Shown here in pieces: positions 31,308-42,468 of a DNA stretch of 64,000 nucleotides; within the stretch, counting starts at the first letter, position 1; each line of letters opens with the position of its first letter. The notes beneath the pieces are model-generated. The model had not been told where the DNA came from, searched no databases, and saw only the letters and a list, made by a program, of their open reading frames with translations. This stretch comes from an uncultured Nitrososphaerales archaeon. GTDB lineage: Archaea; Thermoproteota; Nitrososphaeria; Nitrososphaerales; Nitrososphaeraceae. The position numbers were made by a program, and so were the translations under genes. The stretch covers positions 32,001-96,000 of the forward strand of contig CAWJCY010000012.1 of assembly GCA_963841565.1 (NCBI GenBank), in the 5' to 3' direction.

Positions 31308-32117
31308 ATGATGACTGCCGAGGTTAGACGGCTTCCTGAAGAAGGGGAAATCGTTCTAGTTACGATAAAGGAGGTAACAGGTCATGGAGCTTACATTACT
31401 CTTGACGAGTATGACGAAACGATTGGCTTTCTCCATATTTCCGAGATAGCTACAGGATGGATCAGAAATATCGAAAGGTACATCCGACCTAAGCAGAAGA
31501 CCGTATTAAAGGTTATTCGAGTAAACAAATCAAGGGCTGAAGTGGACTTGTCGCTTAAACAGGTTACCGGCGACGAAAGGAAATCGAAGCTGATAGAAGT
31601 TAAGAAAACTGAAAAAGCCTCAGCATTCATGGATATCGTAAAGAAAAAGGCAAACTTGTCAGATTCTGAATTGAATACCCTGGAAGACGAAATCCTAAAA
31701 AAATATGATCTCGTCTATGATTTATTTGAGACTGTTTCAAGAAAGGGGATCGATTCTATTCGTAGTTTGGGATTTTCTGAGGAGCTTATGAAAGCAATTG
31801 AGACGGAGAGTAACAAGATCCAAATACCTCACGTAGAAATAATGGGAATTCTTGAAATTTCTCTCAACAAGGCAGACGGTATAGAAAGGATAAAGAATCT
31901 ACTCGGCTCCATAGAAATGTCAAAATCTAACACTTCGATCAGTATAACCTATGTTTCGGCTCCTAAGTATAGAATGGTAGTTAAAGCAGATAATTTCAAA
32001 AGTGCAGAAAAGATAATGAATAATGCACTAGAAAAAATCAAAAGTGCGATCACTCAGGAGAAAGGAACCTTTGAATTCAAGAGAGACCAATCCAGAAAGG
32101 TTCACTCGCAGATATGA
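31308..32117 (+). CDS. eif2a: Translation initiation factor aIF2 alpha subunit
   Basis: LPEEGEIV S1 domain, LHISEIATGWIRNI, VDLSLK, SAPKYR. Confidence 0.96.
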   Translation: MMTAEVRRLPEEGEIVLVTIKEVTGHGAYITLDEYDETIGFLHISEIATGWIRNIERYIRPKQKTVLKVIRVNKSRAEVDLSLKQVTGDERKSKLIEVKKTEKASAFMDIVKKKANLSDSELNTLEDEILKKYDLVYDLFETVSRKGIDSIRSLGFSEELMKAIETESNKIQIPHVEIMGILEISLNKADGIERIKNLLGSIEMSKSNTSISITYVSAPKYRMVVKADNFKSAEKIMNNALEKIKSAITQEKGTFEFKRDQSRKVHSQI

Positions 32118-32278
32118 AGAAGCATCTTATGCGACTCTGCAATGGTTGCTTTAAGTACACCTTGAAACCGAATTGTCCAGTGTGTGGGTCTATCACCATC
32201 AATCCACATCCGCCAAGATATTCTCCAGATGACAAATATGTACGGTACAGGGTCTCGGACAGGTATTCAGTTACTTAG
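32114..32278 (+). CDS. nop10: H/ACA RNP protein Nop10 (54 aa, not in ORF track)
   Basis: MKKHLMRLCNGCFKYTLKPNCPVCG..PHPPRYSPDDKY..YR; ATGA overlap with aIF2alpha, the conserved archaeal gene pair. Confidence 0.95.
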   Translation: MKKHLMRLCNGCFKYTLKPNCPVCGSITINPHPPRYSPDDKYVRYRVSDRYSVT

Positions 32279-32467
32279 CACTCGGACCGATTACCCGTCC
32301 AATTGTCCGCAAATCTATAGGAATCGCAGCCAGAAAATGAACATTGCTGACTTGAATTAAATCCTTAGGGTCCCTGGAATACCACTTAGAATCTTCGCTA
32401 GCCCGTTATCGGATGTTTCCAGATCCCACCTGATCACGGTCTAGTAGTTATTATCTCAAGCTCATGA

Positions 32468-32983
32468 TTAACCTTGAGGACCAGAAGTCTGGGGTCTTGT
32501 CATATTTATCAAGTTATCTGCTGCAAATCCGGTCGCATTAGTATTCACGGTCTGTTCAATAACAGCCCTCATAGCTGTGTCATTTGTCGAGTCGCCTGTC
32601 ATATTCTGTGCGCCTGTTACGTTTTGTGTGTCTGTCATGCCAGTGGTGTTAGACACATTGTCGGACATATTACCAGTAATTGTTTCAATCTGCTGACGTG
32701 CGGCAAAACTAGTCGCGTTAGTATTTTCTATCTCTCTAATCACGGCTTCCATTTGAGAGAGAGGACCAAATGACTCAACTAATGACTCTCCTGTCCGATT
32801 TGCCATACTCAGATTGGATAATGGTGAAAGATTCGTAGAATTAGAAGGGGAAGCTACAGGAAATTGTTGTGCATGCACGTTTAGGACATAAAGATTTAGC
32901 ACGAGCTGCATGCTCGAAATTGAAGCTAAAATAGCAAAACTCATTAAAGTCATTATGACTGATCGCTTCGTAAATTTGTTCAT
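32468..32983 (-). CDS. Secreted N/T-rich low-complexity protein
   Basis: Signal peptide; many N-x-T/S sequons; repeat MEAVIREIENTNATSFAA / MRAVIEQTVNTNATGFAA. Confidence 0.7.
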   Translation of the reverse strand: MNKFTKRSVIMTLMSFAILASISSMQLVLNLYVLNVHAQQFPVASPSNSTNLSPLSNLSMANRTGESLVESFGPLSQMEAVIREIENTNATSFAARQQIETITGNMSDNVSNTTGMTDTQNVTGAQNMTGDSTNDTAMRAVIEQTVNTNATGFAADNLINMTRPQTSGPQG

Positions 32984-33140
32984 TGATGAACAACATTTGT
33001 CATTAGATTTATTTATTTCTACCTTCTATTCTATTGGATAGTACAGTTAGAATAATATTCTCTGAACGTCGAATAGTCAAAATATCATAAAAAAGTTATG
33101 GTGAGTTTGTTCACCTCTTCGATTTATCCGTAGATATCAC

Positions 33141-33917
33141 CTATCTACCTATACAGATCCCACTTGGATTGCTTACTTGGCAGTTGTTGTCGGTAAACTG
33201 GTTGTTGTTAATGTTAGGCGGCAGGCCGTTGGCATTGTTCACATCGATGACATTTTCTAGAACATTATTGGCTACGGCACTATTTCCTGAGCTCTGTGCA
33301 TCAAAGAAAGCGCCATTTTGGCTTCCGTCAATATTGTTCATTGAAACCTCAGATTGTTGAGTATTCACAAAAGTAATTCCTGCAAGAAGATTTCCGCTCA
33401 TCAAGTTGGAAGTCAATGTAGCACCTGAACTAGAATGTGTAGCCACACCTAGACTGTTTTGTTTGACGATGTTCTGTTGTATCTCCGTATTCTCAGAACC
33501 TGTCATGAATACTCCGATTTGATTGCTGTCTAATATCAGGGATGACATCTTCATTCCGTTGGCTCCCGTAACGAGGACACCAGCTTGGAAGTTACTTATC
33601 GAACCTGGTCCATTAATGACGACATTATCGTTGTTCGGAACCATTATTCCTACCTTAGAGCTATCAGGTCCTGGACCAGTGATTGAGTATCCGTTCATGT
33701 TTACCACTGTATTATCACCACCAATAATGAGACCGTCTCCGCTGCAGTCAAGATTTGCTGTTAGGTTTACCAATCCGCTGACAACCTGTCCACATGCGGC
33801 GTTAGTTGCTACCGGTTGTACTTGTGCCATTATTGGCAATGAAGGCATTGCTAGGCCACCAATTGCCATTAGTGACAGAATTGTTGCTACCATGTATGAC
33901 ACAATAGTTCGTTTCAT
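33141..33917 (-). CDS. Secreted right-handed beta-helix (NosD-like) protein
   Basis: ACGQVV..LTANLDC, NGYSITGPG, repeated N..G[VI] rungs. Confidence 0.85.
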   Translation of the reverse strand: MKRTIVSYMVATILSLMAIGGLAMPSLPIMAQVQPVATNAACGQVVSGLVNLTANLDCSGDGLIIGGDNTVVNMNGYSITGPGPDSSKVGIMVPNNDNVVINGPGSISNFQAGVLVTGANGMKMSSLILDSNQIGVFMTGSENTEIQQNIVKQNSLGVATHSSSGATLTSNLMSGNLLAGITFVNTQQSEVSMNNIDGSQNGAFFDAQSSGNSAVANNVLENVIDVNNANGLPPNINNNQFTDNNCQVSNPSGICIGR

Positions 33918-34223
33918 TCAAAAAACGCTAGCAGATATACTATATATGCGAAACTCCGATATGTACTAAATCTCTGCTTCTTGTCTATCGAATATAAGTA
34001 TGTGATTAGGTCATTGTTTTTATGTTACTTGCTCAAGAAATAACGAAGATGTAAGATTGCTTGCAATACAATCCTATATCAATCCAAGTTGGGCTGCCTA
34101 AGCAGGCAGTTCTATAATGAGGATCCGCTCAACGGCACAGTACTTTCAATCCCCGCTTCTTCAATTGCAATAGAAGGAACTTGTGGGATAGGTTTTTAGA
34201 TGCAACACAGAAAGATCAATTGT

Positions 34224-35264
34224 ATGCGTATTGCGATCGTTGGCGCCGGTGTCGCTGGAAGTTATCTAGCATGTATGATATCAAAGATGGGCCATGGAGT
34301 TGAGGTGTATGAAACAAATGACGAGGGAGCACACTGGCCAATATGCGCATGGGGGGGATCAAAGAACATGCTTGCAAAATTCTCGCAGCAGGCTGGACTT
34401 GAATTCAGTGAATATATTACCCATACTGGACGCACACTAAGGATTGATCTTCCGGGAAACAAAGTGGAATACTTAGAGCTAAAGGGTTTGGTTACCTATA
34501 ACAAACTCAAATGGGAATCAGATTTACTTCGAGGAGTCAAGGTTTCCTACGGAATGAAATGCAATCTGAAAAGCCCGATATTGACTGAATTTGATTTAGT
34601 AATTGACTGCACCGGATTTCATCGATCGCTGTTGCCTAGATCTGAAGAGGATTTTATTATACCCGCCTACGAATATTTAGTTGAAAATATTCTGGACATT
34701 GAAGATTTTTACGTGATTGGATATAAAGGTGCTCGAGGTTACTTCTGGTGCTTCCCCTTAAGTAAAGGAGAGGCTTTTGTAGGAGCTGGTGATTTGGACA
34801 GGAAATATTATGGGATCGCAGAGTTCATGGCTAGACATCCAGAATGCACTATCAGGAAAAAGATAGGAAGGCCGATACGACTGGCCCCTCCTCGAAGAAT
34901 GCAACCATTCTATTGTAAAAATATCGTTGGTGTTGGAGAGTCTATTGGCTGTGTGTTTCCAATGCTTGGAGAGGGGATTATTCCATCTCTAATATGTTGT
35001 GACATATTCCTGCATCAGCTTGCCAGTTGCAATAAACCTGAAGATAGATTTGACTTCAAGCAGTACTCTACCAAAGTTCTCAAACGGTTCAGATATTATG
35101 ATGATGTTTACCGAATTATACGACTTAAAATGGAGTCATCATTGAATATGCTAAGACACTTTAAACTGATGATGAACATGTACCAAAATATGAAAAGAGA
35201 AGAAGATAGATTTGGATTTGAGGTCAGTCTGGCTAAAATGAACAGGTTTGTAAATGCACTTTAA
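34224..35264 (+). CDS. FAD-dependent oxidoreductase, geranylgeranyl-reductase family
   Basis: IAIVGAGVAG, GYFWCFP, VGESIGCVFPMLGEGI. Confidence 0.85.
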   Translation: MRIAIVGAGVAGSYLACMISKMGHGVEVYETNDEGAHWPICAWGGSKNMLAKFSQQAGLEFSEYITHTGRTLRIDLPGNKVEYLELKGLVTYNKLKWESDLLRGVKVSYGMKCNLKSPILTEFDLVIDCTGFHRSLLPRSEEDFIIPAYEYLVENILDIEDFYVIGYKGARGYFWCFPLSKGEAFVGAGDLDRKYYGIAEFMARHPECTIRKKIGRPIRLAPPRRMQPFYCKNIVGVGESIGCVFPMLGEGIIPSLICCDIFLHQLASCNKPEDRFDFKQYSTKVLKRFRYYDDVYRIIRLKMESSLNMLRHFKLMMNMYQNMKREEDRFGFEVSLAKMNRFVNAL

Positions 35265-35712
35265 ATTAAGCCAGCCAACTTCCATGTATCGCTGACAATA
35301 TTCCACAATTCCAATTCGCAATTTCAACAGGATCAGATATTTGAAACGATCTAGATCTTTAGAACTAGACTATTCTAACCTTCTCGACTTCAAAATAATA
35401 GATATTTGCTCACTGAACGTTAGGCGATCTTCGTCGTAACAATATCCATTCACAACCGAATGTAACTGAACAATGGAAAGCTATGAAGTGAATCACATCG
35501 CGGGAATATTAAAGACCTTGTAATTGGACAAAAAATGAGTTTCAAAGAAGATGATTACTTACTCTGACTAGTCAATTTGGTCTCCATTTTGAAATCATAT
35601 TGTGACATTTCTACGTTTGAAAAAATCGATCTCCTCCAAAGGATTATGAATGGAACGAGGCTCAGAATAATAGAATGAAAAGTAGCCCGAGAGGAAATGC
35701 TTAGCATCTTTA

Positions 35713-36573
35713 CTAGCGATTTTTCTGACGTTTCCTACCGGATATGGCTGAAATCATTCTTCTTTTTTGAATTTCCCTAACGAACTTTCGAAGCTGATCA
35801 TCATACAATCGATCGTAACCGACTGTCTTTGGTTTGTATGAGAGATAATAGTATATCATATTGAATGCTCCAATCCTCCCAGTTACCTCTCCAGTTGCAA
35901 GATACTTCGCAAATCTCCCCCATACAAAGACCGGGTGATATCCTAGCGTCTTCATGCTCGCACCGAATTCATAGAACTTGTGATGTTTTCCCAGAGGTCG
36001 AGAATGTTGAAACTTAGCTTCAGTTAGTATTGAATAGCGGTATCCGAGCCGTTCTGCCTCATAAAGTATCGCTGACTCGTACCCCATTAACTCAGGATAT
36101 AGTCCTCCCCAGTGAGTCTGTTCAAAAAATGAGTTTCGTACAAATCTCCCAGCACCATGGGGCTTTTCAGGCAAGTGTTTAGTGTAATTACCTGACGCGA
36201 TGGCAATGCTTGAATTATTATCCATAAAGTCAACCAACTGCTTAGCATATCTAGATGGATAGGTTGTATCATCTGTTGCAATCATGTGATAGGTCGTGTG
36301 GGTAAGTTCCTTGCTTTTCGAGTATGTGATGGCTTCGTTCCAGTTTCTGACGACTCTGCTAATATCATAGCCCAAATCATTCTGCGTTATGACATAAAGT
36401 GATTGCCAGTTTTGTTTGGTCTGAGTCAAGATCTCCGAAGTTTTGTCGGTCGACCCATCATCCACAACAATCACATATTGTGGAGCTAATGTCTGATTTC
36501 TTAATGACATTAGAGCAGCACGAATATCATCCTCAGAATTTCTACAAGTAACAATCGCGAAATAGGTACCCAT
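35713..36573 (-). CDS. Glycosyltransferase family 2
   Basis: CRNSE, VVDDGSTD.T. Confidence 0.88.
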   Translation of the reverse strand: MGTYFAIVTCRNSEDDIRAALMSLRNQTLAPQYVIVVDDGSTDKTSEILTQTKQNWQSLYVITQNDLGYDISRVVRNWNEAITYSKSKELTHTTYHMIATDDTTYPSRYAKQLVDFMDNNSSIAIASGNYTKHLPEKPHGAGRFVRNSFFEQTHWGGLYPELMGYESAILYEAERLGYRYSILTEAKFQHSRPLGKHHKFYEFGASMKTLGYHPVFVWGRFAKYLATGEVTGRIGAFNMIYYYLSYKPKTVGYDRLYDDQLRKFVREIQKRRMISAISGRKRQKNR

Positions 36574-36709
36574 AGAATTGGGTCGATGGAAGACTAATTA
36601 AAGTTCTGTCAACCAATGTCAGGCCATTTCCTAAGCCTAAATCAGAGAAATGAAATTACAGGTTATTACATATAATCGCAGGAATCGACATTCAATCGCT
36701 TAAGAGCCG

Positions 36710-37876
36710 TCAGCAAGCCTTATACGCAGTAATAATTTGATTTTCGTGCTTCTCCCATGTCAACTTTTCTCTTGCTAATTCTCGCGTTCGTATTCGCAAA
36801 TTGTGCAGCTCTTCAGGATGCTGTTGCAAATAGTCTAGTTTATTCACTAAATCTGGATAATCGTCAAACTTCACGCAACAATCTTGGAGTGATTCGATTA
36901 CAGGAAGAATTGATGATGTACACGCTATTGCCAATCCAGCATGTGCATACTCATAGGGTTTGTTTGGATTCGTATAATAGTGCGCCCAGTGCTTCTTCCA
37001 AGGGAGCAGGCCTACAGTGTGTCTTGACATTTCAGCGAACATTTCTGGACGTGATAAGAACCCAAGAAATCTCAGATTGGAGGATGAGGAATCTGACCAA
37101 CCCGCAATTGTCAAGGGGAACCTCTTGTCATTCTCAAATAGCTCGAATAGTCCGTCCATTTGCCTTTGAGGATACATGACCTTATCGTTGCCATCACCTC
37201 CCGAATAAATACAATCGACCTGAGTTTGATACGTGGGAGAGCACATTGCCTCTACTTCTGACGATATAGGATAATTCGGGACGAGGAAAGACCTAGCATT
37301 CCGATAACGCTGGTAATCCTTTGCAATTGCTTCGGAAACCACAATAACTGGAGCAGTAGAAATAAGTTCCTTCTCCCATGCGGCCCACACACGTATCGCA
37401 TATCTATCGATTAAACGCCTTCTTATTCTATTCATTCTCCTTTTCATCGAAATATTGGGTGTCTCACAGTAGATTCTACCTTGTGTTCTGATGCTGGTTT
37501 GGAATGGTTGATAATCCATCTCAAGGAGTATTTTTGATGACATAGACCAGTATTCGTGGTCATCGAAGACAAATGGTACTCCGAGTTCTGAAATTAGCTT
37601 TGCAGAATACAGATTGTGTGAATGAACTATGTCCGGGGCTTCTTGTTTCAGAATTTTCTGCAGTTGCCTTTTCACCTGCTGCCAGTAATAAGGAATGCCC
37701 AGTCGAGCTTTGCTATTCCATTCAATCTCATAAATCTTGGCAAATTTAGTTCCGTTGGTATTATTCCCTGGTTTACCCGCAAAACTGACTCTGTAACCAA
37801 GCTTCAACGCAGTAATCGCAGATTTTTCTACTCGCCAATCTGGCAGACCTTCGTGAGAGACGTGTAACACCCTCAA
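36710..37876 (-). CDS. Glycosyltransferase family 4 (GT-B)
   Basis: DWRVEK, PDIVHSH, FDDHEYW, PNKPYEY. Confidence 0.85.
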   Translation of the reverse strand: MRVLHVSHEGLPDWRVEKSAITALKLGYRVSFAGKPGNNTNGTKFAKIYEIEWNSKARLGIPYYWQQVKRQLQKILKQEAPDIVHSHNLYSAKLISELGVPFVFDDHEYWSMSSKILLEMDYQPFQTSIRTQGRIYCETPNISMKRRMNRIRRRLIDRYAIRVWAAWEKELISTAPVIVVSEAIAKDYQRYRNARSFLVPNYPISSEVEAMCSPTYQTQVDCIYSGGDGNDKVMYPQRQMDGLFELFENDKRFPLTIAGWSDSSSSNLRFLGFLSRPEMFAEMSRHTVGLLPWKKHWAHYYTNPNKPYEYAHAGLAIACTSSILPVIESLQDCCVKFDDYPDLVNKLDYLQQHPEELHNLRIRTRELAREKLTWEKHENQIITAYKAC

Positions 37877-37965
37877 ATGTATGGATGCTCAATATGCAAA
37901 TCATTTAATAAATCTACTATGGATAGCTCGTGCTAGGATAAAATTGTGGCCAATACGCTGAAATG

Positions 37966-38484
37966 CTATTTCTGTCCTTGTTCGATTGGTGGTTCCTTAT
38001 AATCAGAGATACTAGCTTCGGTAGGTTGATCAACGCGATCTTGATTCTGACTTCCGGTTTGTTCAGTCGTCCTAGGTGGCTTTCGTACAATTTTGTGTAG
38101 CATATCCCTCATTTGCTGTTTTTCTTCTTCAGAAACCTTACCGTCAATAAGATCTATGACAAACAACCACATTGTCGCCCCTATTTCATTCTCCTTAAAT
38201 AAGGCATGTTGTTCTACTCTCCATTGAGTCTTGCGATGCCAATAACCAATGACGATTGCTACTGGTACGTATGCCGAAACAAATATGACTGCGAAAATCC
38301 AGATACTTCCGAATGTATCCTTTAAAACAGGTACTTGATTAATAAGAAGTCCGTATTGTATCGTGACGAAATTTGCAAAAGTCATCAAGAATATTAGATA
38401 AATACTATGACCATTTCGAAAATCTAGCCATCGCCTTCTGGTCCAGTTACTGGCTAAAGATTTCATTAAGGATTTAGAGTCCAC
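37966..38484 (-). CDS. Hypothetical 2-TM membrane protein
   Basis: Two hydrophobic helices and a polar tail; lies in the GT cluster. Confidence 0.7.
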   Translation of the reverse strand: MDSKSLMKSLASNWTRRRWLDFRNGHSIYLIFLMTFANFVTIQYGLLINQVPVLKDTFGSIWIFAVIFVSAYVPVAIVIGYWHRKTQWRVEQHALFKENEIGATMWLFVIDLIDGKVSEEEKQQMRDMLHKIVRKPPRTTEQTGSQNQDRVDQPTEASISDYKEPPIEQGQK

Positions 38485-38562
38485 ACTTCATATAGAGCAG
38501 AATACCGTTAAAATACATTACTTATCTCGACTGTGATAGATTTCGTACAACAAACCTGATTC

Positions 38563-40148
38563 CTAATGAACAAGACTCACATTTTTGGGGGATTCCCATA
38601 TTCTGTAAACGGTAAACAGGCTATTTGAGTAAGCCTCGACTCCTTCGAAAACTGAATTCGTCCTCTTACGAATGGGATCTTCACTTACATTCGTATGAAT
38701 CAGGTAACCTTGAACGTTAGGGGGGTTAGTCGTATTTCTGAATATCTCCTCTATCCCATCATAGGCGACAAAACTTCTATTTCCTGTTAATTCTAAAATG
38801 AACCATCCTCTCCAGTCAGTACTTCCAATAATTTTCGATCGGGCTGGTGTGTTTTCATTTACCCAATGAATTATATCCAAAATCTTAGGGGATTGATCTA
38901 CTTTGACTGAATTAAATTGCATAGATTTTGGAGCAAAACCTCGGATGTTCTTATCAAAAAGACCAATCACTGAAACTTGTGCTTCATATGGGAACACGGC
39001 GTATATAATTCCAAATTGTACAAAAATGAGAAAAATAATACTTGAAGCTAGGAGATATAAGTAGGTATTTCTTAGCCTGGTTGATATCATTTGGGTGGTT
39101 CTAACAAACCCGTAACCTGCAAAGATTGAAAGGGATATTCCGAGGAGTAAGATCCATCTATCTGCAACCAATTCCCGTGCGTAAGGAAGCACTAGCCAGG
39201 TCATTGAGCCCACCAAAGCAACTATGAGACTGATCTTCAATAACGGCTCTTTCAATTGTAAATAACCGACAATAGCCAAAGGAACAAGCAAAATGTTAAG
39301 AGCTATAAAATAGGAAAAAAGGTTAGTGTGATTGTAACTATCATTTGACGTTCCTTGTTCGCCAAAGATTTGATCATCCACGCCTGCGTTTGTGATACTG
39401 CGGATCGAAGAACTAATGATTGAATATCCATCACCGGTAACAGCTAAAAATACGATAAATGAGGCTAGGGCGACTAAAAGGCTTATCGCTATTGTCTTCT
39501 CTCTGTAAAGTATGGTACAAATACAGTAGACAACAATAAGCCAAAGCCCAACCATTCTATCGGAGACAACCGAAAGTATAGTAAATGAAAGGCATGATAC
39601 TATGGCTAGAGAAGGAAATTTGCTTGGATTAGTATTTCGTTGCTGTATTAAGATCGAAATGGCAAAGAACATCATAGTGAGCGAGAACATATCCCTGTGC
39701 AAATCCCAAGCAGTTCTTAGAACTGGGATTTGCACGATAACAAATAATGAAATCAGTACTGCATAAAGATTATTATCATTCCTCATTATCGCCTTTGCCA
39801 ATGAAAGGATTGATACTGCAAAAAGACCGAAAATAAAGGTTGCAAATGTAGAAACGGTACCTGTACAGATAAGCCTGTTAAATTCTGTACTAGGTGAAGA
39901 ACTGAAGTATACAATGGATAGTCTATTAATATGACATTCCATTCATTTTCAAAGTTCGATAACATTGGGATATAGTAATTTATAACATCATAACCTATAG
40001 GATATGGATAAGCAATTGATTCAGCAACACTCTTCAAAGACACAGCAGAGAAGAAAACGATCAGGTAGATAGGAAGATCCTTTCGAGAAAAGATCCTAAT
40101 TTCACGGAACGAAAGATTGTTTTCCAATAAAGAATTACGTAATTTCAA
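38563..40148 (-). CDS. Multi-pass membrane protein (GT-C-like), 1-nt frameshift near 39860
   Basis: PYPIGYDVINYY after TM1, WDLHRD, DRW, IIHWVNENT soluble tail; two ORFs join into one. Confidence 0.65.
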
Positions 40149-40226
40149 ATAAACCGCTCTCGAGTCGCACTTACCAAATTATTGTGCATCTTATCAAGAG
40201 GTGATCCCAGATACTCACTGACACTT

Positions 40227-41441
40227 TCACACATGATGTGAGGGATTCATTTCGGAAGTCACAAAAATCCTGTACCACACCTCTAGACTTAGAATCTGCA
40301 ACAGCTTGCTAATATATCTAAGATCAACATTTTCGTCAATTCGCTTGAGCGATCTAAAGTACCAATTTTTATCTATGATACTATCTTCGAATATACGTCC
40401 TTTATCCAATAGCATAGTAACCGTTTCTCTGCCGAAGCTATTCCAAAGATTTACAAGGTCCATACCATATCCAACTTTCATATTCATTCTCTTGAAAGAA
40501 TCTGGGGCATAAATTTGTAGAATTTCACGTAGTGGAAGTTTTCCTACGTTGGAATCCGCACTATATTTCATTTCCGATGGCAAATCGAATCCCAGCTCCA
40601 CGACATCGTTATCCAGGAGAGGGGAAATTCCCTGCAGTTTAAAGGAACGGAAATATTTGTCATTGGTAGGTACGAAATCATGCATAAGTTTGCCGTTGTA
40701 GTCGGCCAGCATCACCTGATCCAACGGTTTAAGGTTATTGTTGAAATATGAAGTGAGAAGAGAGTAGATCGGAGACCAATCAAACTTCAACTCCTTGGCA
40801 AACATTTTATGTTGATCGGGGACCCAATCCCTTTCATGACACGATAGGTACAACTTGGCTAGTTCTAAGGAGCTCGTATTTCGATCGCATGTTTGGAGAA
40901 ATTTCTTGTATCGAAAGGTATAACCGGCAAAGACTTCATCGCCTCCGTCCCCCGTGAACAACAGATTAGAGATAGACTTTGCTTTCTTTATAAAGTAGTA
41001 CTGGTAAAGGTTCCACCTCGGTTCTCTGATGATGTTTATCATCGCAGGCAAGTCGCGAAGGGGATTTTCCACGTATACTTGGTGGAAATCCGCACCTTTC
41101 TTTTCTGCGATCTCCTTGGCTTCAATGGCCTCGTTCTTTTCATCAAAACTCACGTTAATGCAATCCAACTCTAAACTAGGAAATTCTTCACGTAACAGAC
41201 ACAGGACTAGGTTAGAGTCCACGCCTGCACTCAATGCAACACAGAGTTTATTTTGGTTAAATTTGTCTACTTCTCTTCGAATTACAGCTCTGATTTTGGT
41301 CTCAAGAATACGAACAGAAACCAAGTTCTGTTTTAAATAAGATTTAGAGACATCAGTAACAGATACATCTCTTAATCTAAAAGTAGGAACATAAATATCC
41401 ATGGGGTCGTACCTGAGAGTCAGCAATGGAAAAAGGTTCAT
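40227..41441 (-). CDS. Asparagine-synthase C-terminal (synthetase) domain protein
   Basis: ALSAGVDS PP-loop, TGDGGDEVFAGY, SPLLD, K.PLR; no N-terminal Ntn domain. Confidence 0.85.
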   Translation of the reverse strand: MNLFPLLTLRYDPMDIYVPTFRLRDVSVTDVSKSYLKQNLVSVRILETKIRAVIRREVDKFNQNKLCVALSAGVDSNLVLCLLREEFPSLELDCINVSFDEKNEAIEAKEIAEKKGADFHQVYVENPLRDLPAMINIIREPRWNLYQYYFIKKAKSISNLLFTGDGGDEVFAGYTFRYKKFLQTCDRNTSSLELAKLYLSCHERDWVPDQHKMFAKELKFDWSPIYSLLTSYFNNNLKPLDQVMLADYNGKLMHDFVPTNDKYFRSFKLQGISPLLDNDVVELGFDLPSEMKYSADSNVGKLPLREILQIYAPDSFKRMNMKVGYGMDLVNLWNSFGRETVTMLLDKGRIFEDSIIDKNWYFRSLKRIDENVDLRYISKLLQILSLEVWYRIFVTSEMNPSHHV

Positions 41442-41488
41442 TTGATTGGTATTCTCTGTTTCAAGTCCATTATGCCATATGGTATTTA

Positions 41489-42385
41489 TTATTGTTGGCT
41501 CTGCGAGTACGCCCGGTCCAGTTGCCTTAGAAGCCTGCTTGCTGAATGATATTTTTCAACGTATAGTCGTCCTGCTTTGGACAACTTGCGCTGCTCCTCG
41601 ATGTCATTTAAAATAGATTCTAAATCGCTCTTGAATGTATCCTTAGTTGTTCTGTAAATCGGCGGATCATAGCGCTGAAATAGCTCCGAGCTAATGTAGG
41701 CGACAACCGGTTTGCCTAGTGCCATGGCTTCCAACTCGAATTTCCCGAACCATCCGATTTGAGGTAGTATTTTCCCAACAACAAGATCACAAGAAGAAAG
41801 TATAGTCAATACTTCACTGCGGGGGATATCAAATATGGTCACTATCTCACATTTGCCTTCCTTTTGTAGCTGTCGAAGTGTACTTGAGTATAAATCTCCG
41901 TACTTCTGGTACAATCGGTAATGAGGATAGTGGGCAACAATTGGCTTTCTAGAAGGACTTAAACCATCGAAATTGCGGGGAGTATAAACAAGATGATCTA
42001 GATCCAGTGGAGTAGGAAACCACTCGCCGTTGGGAGCAAACTCCAATAAATCAGGCGTTGAGACCAAACAAAAATCACTGTCATATTTTCCCCTCAAGTC
42101 ATCTCCGTGGTAATGCTTAAGGCAAATCCTGTTTTCTTTCCGTTTCTCCAATGCCCTTTTTAGGGACCCGTAAGGGTAGTGATAATGCCAGATATCATAT
42201 CCTTTTAGTTTCCTGTAGAATCTCCATCTTGATAATGGAAAATAGTAACTCACCTTTTCTCCTCCGAATTGCCTGTGCAGGTATTTGTTGAAGACAAATA
42301 CGTCGGATTCATTTCCTGATAGTCGCTGATGCCTGCTCAAGATCGACGCAATTCCGGCGGTATTATTTACATGAGCGATTCTCAT
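41489..42385 (-). CDS. Glycosyltransferase family 4
   Basis: FGKFELEAMALGKPVV, YVEKYHS. Confidence 0.88.
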   Translation of the reverse strand: MRIAHVNNTAGIASILSRHQRLSGNESDVFVFNKYLHRQFGGEKVSYYFPLSRWRFYRKLKGYDIWHYHYPYGSLKRALEKRKENRICLKHYHGDDLRGKYDSDFCLVSTPDLLEFAPNGEWFPTPLDLDHLVYTPRNFDGLSPSRKPIVAHYPHYRLYQKYGDLYSSTLRQLQKEGKCEIVTIFDIPRSEVLTILSSCDLVVGKILPQIGWFGKFELEAMALGKPVVAYISSELFQRYDPPIYRTTKDTFKSDLESILNDIEEQRKLSKAGRLYVEKYHSASRLLRQLDRAYSQSQQ

Positions 42386-42468
42386 ATTAGGGTGACCTAA
42401 AAATTTCTCATAAACTAAACACCAAGCCCATCACTATTACCATTATGAGAACCAAAGTCTTTGGATTC

